From Minisyncoccota bacterium (GTDB lineage: Bacteria; Patescibacteriota; Minisyncoccia; Phycocordibacterales; JABMNX01): DNA of 64,000 bases. This document shows, in pieces, positions 59,039 to 64,000 of this stretch (its first letter is position 1; every line of letters starts with the position of its first letter). Location: assembly GCA_965222715.1 (NCBI GenBank), contig OZ244961.1, positions 204,609 through 268,608 of the forward strand, in the 5' to 3' direction. A model generated the notes under the pieces. The model did not search any database. It worked only from the letters and a program-made list of their open reading frames with translations, and was not told the origin of the DNA. Both the position numbers and the translations under genes were made by a program.

Positions 59039-59899
59039 ATGAATAGAGTGGTGCAGATTACTAAAGCCGACGGTACACAAGAAGCTTTTGACCCCCAAAA
59101 ACTTGAGCAGTCTCTAAGGCGTGCTGGGGCAACCTCTTCTGTTATCACGGATATTGTTCAAAAGATAACTTCCGAACTTAAAGAAGGAATGACAACAAAA
59201 AAGATTTATCAGCGGGCATTTGCACTCCTTCGTAGAAAAGAACACACTCCTGTTGCAGCAAAATATTCACTTAAAAAAGCGGTTTTTGATCTTGGGCCAA
59301 GCGGCTTTCCATTTGAGGACTTTGTTGCAGAGATTTTTAGAGCACGAGGGTACAGCGTGACAGTGGGGAGTGTTCTTAAGGGAAAGTGTGCTGAGCACGA
59401 AGTTGATATTGTTGCACATGCTTCACCCGAAAAGAATAAGGACTCGTTTGGTGGTGAAGTTAAATTTCATAACCACCCTGGAGTAAAAACTGATTTAAAA
59501 GATGCACTCTACGTGCATGCGCGTTTTGAAGACCTCTCAGGTACTGCTCGCACTTCAGAAGGAAGTACCATTGTCTCAGGGAAACTCATTACCAACACTA
59601 AGTTTACTGAGAATGCTATCAAGTACGGTGAGTGTGTCGGACTTTCATTGCTAGCATGGGACTATCCCGCGAAAGGAAATCTTTTTGAACTCATTGGTGA
59701 GACAGGGCTGCATCCGCTTACTTGTTTAACTACACTACCAAAGCGAGATGCTAAACGACTGCTTGAAAATAAAATTGTATTGTGTCGATCAGTTAAGAGT
59801 AATCCTAGTATTTTAGAAGAATTTGGTGTTTCTCGGAAAAAAATACCAGATATTCTCAATGAAATAAGCGCCTTGTGTCAACCAGGTGCTGGAGTGTAA
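59039..59899 (+). CDS. ATP-cone plus Mrr-like PD-(D/E)xK domain protein
   Basis: ITKADG..EAFD..KL..SL; GPSGFPFE, HEVDIVA, EVKFHN, LITNTKFT. Confidence 0.8.
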   Translation: MNRVVQITKADGTQEAFDPQKLEQSLRRAGATSSVITDIVQKITSELKEGMTTKKIYQRAFALLRRKEHTPVAAKYSLKKAVFDLGPSGFPFEDFVAEIFRARGYSVTVGSVLKGKCAEHEVDIVAHASPEKNKDSFGGEVKFHNHPGVKTDLKDALYVHARFEDLSGTARTSEGSTIVSGKLITNTKFTENAIKYGECVGLSLLAWDYPAKGNLFELIGETGLHPLTCLTTLPKRDAKRLLENKIVLCRSVKSNPSILEEFGVSRKKIPDILNEISALCQPGAGV

Positions 59900-59939
59900 A
59901 ATGGACCATATTAGTAAATACACCAATAAAGACGTCAGC

Positions 59940-60470
59940 ATGGAAAAAGTAAACCGAAACACTATCATTTCATTCATTATTGGTGTCATTGTGGGCCTCT
60001 TTGTTTTTTGGTTGTGGAGCGCAACGATGAATCAACTTCAGGTACGAAACACTGAAGAAACTAACTTAGAGTACAGCACTGAGGTTAGTGAAGACACAAC
60101 TCCTCAAGATACGGAAACAAGTGACATTATTAACACACCAGCACCTCAGCTCCGTAGTGATGCGATTGTGGTACAAAACCAAGCCGCCGGTTCACAAGTG
60201 GTAGTAACCCGTGCAGTGTTTGATGAATCTGGGTGGGTAGTTGTTCACGAAGGAAATGGTGAACAGATTGGAAATGCTCTTGGTGCATTACGTTTTGATG
60301 AAGGTGAGCATAGTGGTGTTGTTGAATTACTTCGTGCCACAGAGGAGGGTGAAGTGTACTGGGCAGTTCTGTATCGAGACAATGGAGATAAAGAATTTAG
60401 TCTGGAGACTGATTTCCCATTCATTCGAGAAGGCAATCAACCAGTACTCACTACCTTTCGAGCACTGTAA
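59940..60470 (+). CDS. Hypothetical membrane-anchored protein
   Basis: N-terminal TM; QAAG..V, GWVVVHE, LYRDNGD. Start could alternatively be 59901. Confidence 0.7.
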   Translation: MEKVNRNTIISFIIGVIVGLFVFWLWSATMNQLQVRNTEETNLEYSTEVSEDTTPQDTETSDIINTPAPQLRSDAIVVQNQAAGSQVVVTRAVFDESGWVVVHEGNGEQIGNALGALRFDEGEHSGVVELLRATEEGEVYWAVLYRDNGDKEFSLETDFPFIREGNQPVLTTFRAL

Positions 60471-60491
60471 ATACTATACTTAGAACAATGG

Positions 60492-60612
60492 ATCCCGTTA
60501 GAGACCGCGGTCACATAAGGTATAATCAAGAAGTATGAAAAAAGGTCGAACAAAAGTTTATAAAATAATTCTCGTACAGGGCGCTGAGATCGCAACCTGT
60601 CTCTAACGGGAT
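60492..60612. repeat. 121-bp segment bounded by 14-bp perfect inverted repeats
   Basis: ATCCCGTTAGAGAC (60492-60505) and GTCTCTAACGGGAT (60599-60612). Confidence 0.85.
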
Positions 60613-61120
60613 GGAACCATTTTTCTCTGGATCACTTCTCATACTCTTTGGACAACTAGTCCTCGCCGCATTTCTTGGGATGGTGTTGGGTACTGAACGC
60701 TCAGTAATCGCTGATAAGCGAGCGGGGACACGAACATATGCTCTTGTTTCCCTTGGTGCCTGTCTATTTTCAGTTGTCTCATTAAGTGTAACCACTGGAT
60801 ATCTTGGGTTGGTGAGTTTTGATCCTATGCGTGTTGCAGCAGGAATTATTACTGGTATTGGATTTCTCGGTGCCGGAATTATTATTTTTCAAGACAATAA
60901 GTTGCAAGGTCTTACTACTGCTGCTGGTCTATGGGTCGCAGCAGGTATTGGAGTTGCGGTTGCCTATAGCATGTATGCTATTGCAATTTTCACCACCATC
61001 GTGACACTGTGTATTTTCACAGTACTATGGTTTGTTGAGAATCGACTTGATGATGTGATTGATACACGGAATAAACTTCGATTTGTTAAAAACAAAAATA
61101 CAGAAGAGCGAAGAGATTAA
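60611..61120 (+). CDS. MgtC/SapB family protein
   Basis: GTER, AGTRT, DPMRVAAGIITGIGFLGAG, GLTTAAGLW. Confidence 0.92.
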   Translation: MEPFFSGSLLILFGQLVLAAFLGMVLGTERSVIADKRAGTRTYALVSLGACLFSVVSLSVTTGYLGLVSFDPMRVAAGIITGIGFLGAGIIIFQDNKLQGLTTAAGLWVAAGIGVAVAYSMYAIAIFTTIVTLCIFTVLWFVENRLDDVIDTRNKLRFVKNKNTEERRD

Positions 61121-61131
61121 TATAAGAATAT

Positions 61132-61446
61132 ATGATACTTACAACAACAGAAATGGTGCCACACAAAGAAGTTGCTGAAGTACTCGGTATTGCGCGGGGA
61201 AGTACCGTTCGTGCACGTAATATTGGTCGAGATATTCTTGCAGTACTTAAGGCAATTGTCGGTGGAGAAATAGAAGAGTACACCAAGCTACAAGCATTTT
61301 CTCGTGAGCAGGCGCTTGAGCGAATGCAACAGGACGCGGAGAAACTTGGTGCTGACGCAGTTATAAACGTGCGTATCACTACATCAGTCATTATGGGTGG
61401 AGCTGCTGAAATACTCGCTTACGGCACTGCAGTAAAACTTAAGTAA
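61132..61446 (+). CDS. YbjQ / UPF0145 family protein
   Basis: GSTVRARNIGRD, VGGEIEEY, GADAV, AYGTAV. Confidence 0.93.
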   Translation: MILTTTEMVPHKEVAEVLGIARGSTVRARNIGRDILAVLKAIVGGEIEEYTKLQAFSREQALERMQQDAEKLGADAVINVRITTSVIMGGAAEILAYGTAVKLK

Positions 61447-61449
61447 GTT

Positions 61450-61569
61450 ATGTGGGGCCTTATTTTCACACTTCTGTTCTGGGGAGTCATTGGCCTCATT
61501 CTTATATACTTACTCATACGGCGCATTCGTATACGTAAAGAAGAACGGTTCGAAGAGCGCGATAATTAA
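61450..61569 (+). CDS. 39-aa single-TM protein (not in ORF track)
   Basis: MWGLIFTLLFWGVIGLILIYLLIRRIRIRKEERFEERDN, directly after ybjQ. Confidence 0.6.
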   Translation: MWGLIFTLLFWGVIGLILIYLLIRRIRIRKEERFEERDN

Positions 61570-61627
61570 AAAAAGAAACCCGCGGTGCTTTGTATGGCGG
61601 GTTTTAGGTTGAGAAAGAATATTATTA

Positions 61628-62284
61628 TTAAGAAGCTTGCGCTATGGCCCATTTTAGATTGTCTTGGGCCAAAGGTTCCAGGTGGGCGAAGTGCTTTGTC
61701 TTGAAGACCTTCGGACGCGAGAGTAGCATCTCTGCAAACTTCCCACGGCCGACTGACCACGCCTCTTCGTCGAGACCAAACTCCTCACGGAGGAGTTCAC
61801 CTGTTTCGATGAAGTCCTTGCGGACATCGCCGAAGCCAGAGAGGTCGACATCGAGCACAACAGCCAGGTCATTCATATTCCCTGGAAACTTGTCGGGAAG
61901 CAAATGACCATTGGTTGCTCGGATGATGGCGGCGGCTCGCTTGATGACGATCGCATCCACCTTGTCCGCCAGTGCCTCAACGACCTGTGCGCTCCGCTCC
62001 TCGTTCTCGCCTTGGTTCACCGTAGTGAGGTAGACGATATCGTGATGGAGCCATGCAAACATGGTGCTCACTGGGTCGTCGAGCTCGTCCCACAGCGCAA
62101 GAAGCTTCTTACAGCCATCCTCAATGTGGGCGAGTGTATGGTAACGTCGCCACGGCTCAGAGTACGCATCAATGAGTTTCTGCACGTACGTGAGATCCAG
62201 TTCAAACTGGAGACCACGGCGCTTCGCTTCTTTTTGGGTGACCACAAAGGCACCAAAGAGGGTAGTGCTCATGTTGGTAGACAT
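61628..62284 (-). CDS. HD-superfamily metal-dependent phosphohydrolase
   Basis: YSEPWRRYHTLAH, WLHHDIVY, NEERSA, LDVDLS; SD AAGGAG before ATG 62284; GC-richer. Confidence 0.88.
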   Translation of the reverse strand: MSTNMSTTLFGAFVVTQKEAKRRGLQFELDLTYVQKLIDAYSEPWRRYHTLAHIEDGCKKLLALWDELDDPVSTMFAWLHHDIVYLTTVNQGENEERSAQVVEALADKVDAIVIKRAAAIIRATNGHLLPDKFPGNMNDLAVVLDVDLSGFGDVRKDFIETGELLREEFGLDEEAWSVGRGKFAEMLLSRPKVFKTKHFAHLEPLAQDNLKWAIAQAS

Positions 62285-62394
62285 AACAGTCTCCTTTCTG
62301 CCTAAGTTGGAAAGAACATTTCTAGTGAAGTCTGATTCCATTTTCCTGTGAGAGTGCACTTTGTTCAATAATATATTATAATGACTATACAATT

Positions 62395-63159
62395 ATGGAC
62401 TCGCCTGAAATACTTCTTAAAAAACTCGGACTCTCAGACTCAGAAGCGCTGGTGTATGTGGCGATGCTTGAGGGGCACCTTAAGGTGAAAGACATCATGC
62501 AGATTACAGGTATGAAGCGACCGTCTGTGTACTACGCAATATCTCAGCTCATGCGACGTGGACTTATCGGCCGCATTCAAGTTGGTGAGTACAATCAGTG
62601 GAAGGTTAGTCCGCTCTCTCGTCTTGAGGAGATGCTTAATGAGAAACAGGAGGATTTAGATACACTTTCAAACGACCTTACGGCGTTTATCGATTCATCA
62701 GGAAATAAGGTAAGTGAGAGCGAGAATGCAAAAGTGACGTACTACGAAGGTAAGCGAAGTATTCAAGCGATGGTGTTTAATAGTTTGTATTGTAAAGACA
62801 AGCAAATTCTCTCAATCGCACCATCAGACAATTTCTTCTTTCAGGCGGGCAAGGAGTTTGCAACAAAGTACGTGAGCGAACGAAAGCGACGAGGTATTCG
62901 GACACGAAACCTTTGGGAAGAGCTCCTTGAACCAAAGATTCTCCAAGAGACGTATAAGAATATGTCTGAGATTCGTATTCTACCCAAAGAGATGCGGGGT
63001 AAGTTCACTACGACCGTCTTTATTTACGATCATATTGTGATGTATATCGCACCGTTTAAGAGCAACTACGCTGTTACCTTTGAATCAGCCGAACATCGCA
63101 AAATGCTCACCGCCATGTTTGAAACCATCTGGACCGCCTCCAAGCCCGCATTTAAGTAG
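62395..63159 (+). CDS. TrmB family transcriptional regulator
   Basis: LGLSDSEALVY..L, RPSVY, GLI; C-terminal effector-type domain (YYEG, F..IW). Confidence 0.85.
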   Translation: MDSPEILLKKLGLSDSEALVYVAMLEGHLKVKDIMQITGMKRPSVYYAISQLMRRGLIGRIQVGEYNQWKVSPLSRLEEMLNEKQEDLDTLSNDLTAFIDSSGNKVSESENAKVTYYEGKRSIQAMVFNSLYCKDKQILSIAPSDNFFFQAGKEFATKYVSERKRRGIRTRNLWEELLEPKILQETYKNMSEIRILPKEMRGKFTTTVFIYDHIVMYIAPFKSNYAVTFESAEHRKMLTAMFETIWTASKPAFK

Positions 63160-63243
63160 ACATTTCTAATAAAATATTGTATAGTCTCTTCAGACTAGGA
63201 GACTATTTCTTAACGCAAATAGACATGTTACGGAGGTTTTGAA

Positions 63244-63792
63244 ATGACTGACACTGAAGTGTGGCCTGCTCAAGCTGAGCAGGATAAGGTTTCTGTGGAA
63301 ATCATCCTTGAAGGTGTCTCCGACTGGCGAGAACTCTTTCAGGAAGTCGTGGAACTGGGAAAGCCGTGGAACGAATGGTGTGGCGCAGACAAGGTACCGC
63401 ACCTGGACGTCTGCCGCAAGGTCGCCGAGGTCAACGACGTGAGTCTCGAAAGGGTGGTTCTCGGCCGGCTCATCGACTTCGGATATATCCTCGAAGAGCT
63501 CGAAGTGACATTCGATCACGATGAGCGTTCTGGATGGGGGTTGTGCGTCTGGCACAAAGAGCATCCCTCGTACGAGGACCCGGGCGAAGAACGCCTGGAG
63601 CTCTTTCCGGACCAAAAGGGTAATCCTCGGTTCTTCAGTATTGTCTACTCGGTCTTTACGACTGAGCACGCTGGGGAACAGACTACCGGGATCCTCTCGA
63701 CTCAGGTCGGAGGCGGGTTTCTCTTCCATAAGACCCTCATCTTCCATCGCGTCCGTTTCTCTGCCCCCAAAAAGGCGGCAAAGGTCGCATAG
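63244..63792 (+). CDS. Hypothetical protein (GC-richer ORFan)
   Basis: SD GGAGG, GC-ending codons, downstream hairpin. Confidence 0.65.
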   Translation: MTDTEVWPAQAEQDKVSVEIILEGVSDWRELFQEVVELGKPWNEWCGADKVPHLDVCRKVAEVNDVSLERVVLGRLIDFGYILEELEVTFDHDERSGWGLCVWHKEHPSYEDPGEERLELFPDQKGNPRFFSIVYSVFTTEHAGEQTTGILSTQVGGGFLFHKTLIFHRVRFSAPKKAAKVA

Positions 63793-63859
63793 TCGAACAA
63801 CAAGAACACAAACTCTAGCGGCTCTCTGAGTCGCTTTATTTTTTTGATACAATTCTTAT

Positions 63860-64000
63860 ATGAATGGTAAATATAAAGGAACAATTATTGAAGAGAGTCT
63901 ATCTGATAAAAGTGTTATCGATGAACTTGAGGTCACACATACATATACAGAAGAAGACCAAGATAATCCTGAAAGGACGTGGCATCTTTACACTGTTTTA
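63860..64000 (+). CDS. Hypothetical protein, N-terminal part (runs off window end)
   Basis: MNGKYKGTIIEESLSDKSVIDELEV...WHLYTVL, open to the window end; TACAAT upstream. Confidence 0.65.
   Translation, partial: MNGKYKGTIIEESLSDKSVIDELEVTHTYTEEDQDNPERTWHLYTVL

Noticed and set aside
63190-63852. 220-aa minus-strand ORF
   Set aside because: Antisense shadow of the SD-led + strand ORF 63244-63792, as expected in GC-richer DNA.
1-64000. Alternative genetic code (TGA read-through)
   Set aside because: Housekeeping ORFs are full length under code 11 and several end in TGA.

Overview
Chromosomal segment of a small-genome bacterium, most likely Patescibacteria/CPR (Parcubacteria-like). This is inferred from the gene content and the largely SD-less gene starts. 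Core genes include relA/spoT (partial), topA, dprA, serS, ftsQ-like, dus, dnaX, tgt, uvrB/uvrA/uvrC, ddl, ychF, leuS, mltG and mnmA. There is also an RND pump, a sugar-utilisation cluster, tRNA-Gln(TTG) and tRNA-Ala(TGC). Main unexplained structures: (1) A tandem array of cargo modules downstream of tRNA-Ala (copper resistance; queuosine transporter plus methyltransferase; ORFans). Their junctions carry the tRNA 3' core GTCCAC and three homologous antisense peptide tails (xDL-x4-WN-x2-[IV]Q[ED][IL]), with no integrase in the window. (2) A structured tRNA-3'-end-mimicking element inside that array. (3) Two paralogous ~110-nt three-way-junction RNA genes with phased DnaA-box-like promoters, plus a third structured leader in front of an 18-aa Lys-rich peptide. 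(4) A four-copy family of 32-36 bp palindromes. (5) A 121-bp segment with 14-bp inverted repeats at the mgtC start. (6) Self-contained SD-led ORFan islets scattered among near-leaderless core genes. All product calls come from motif recognition by eye; no searches were run.
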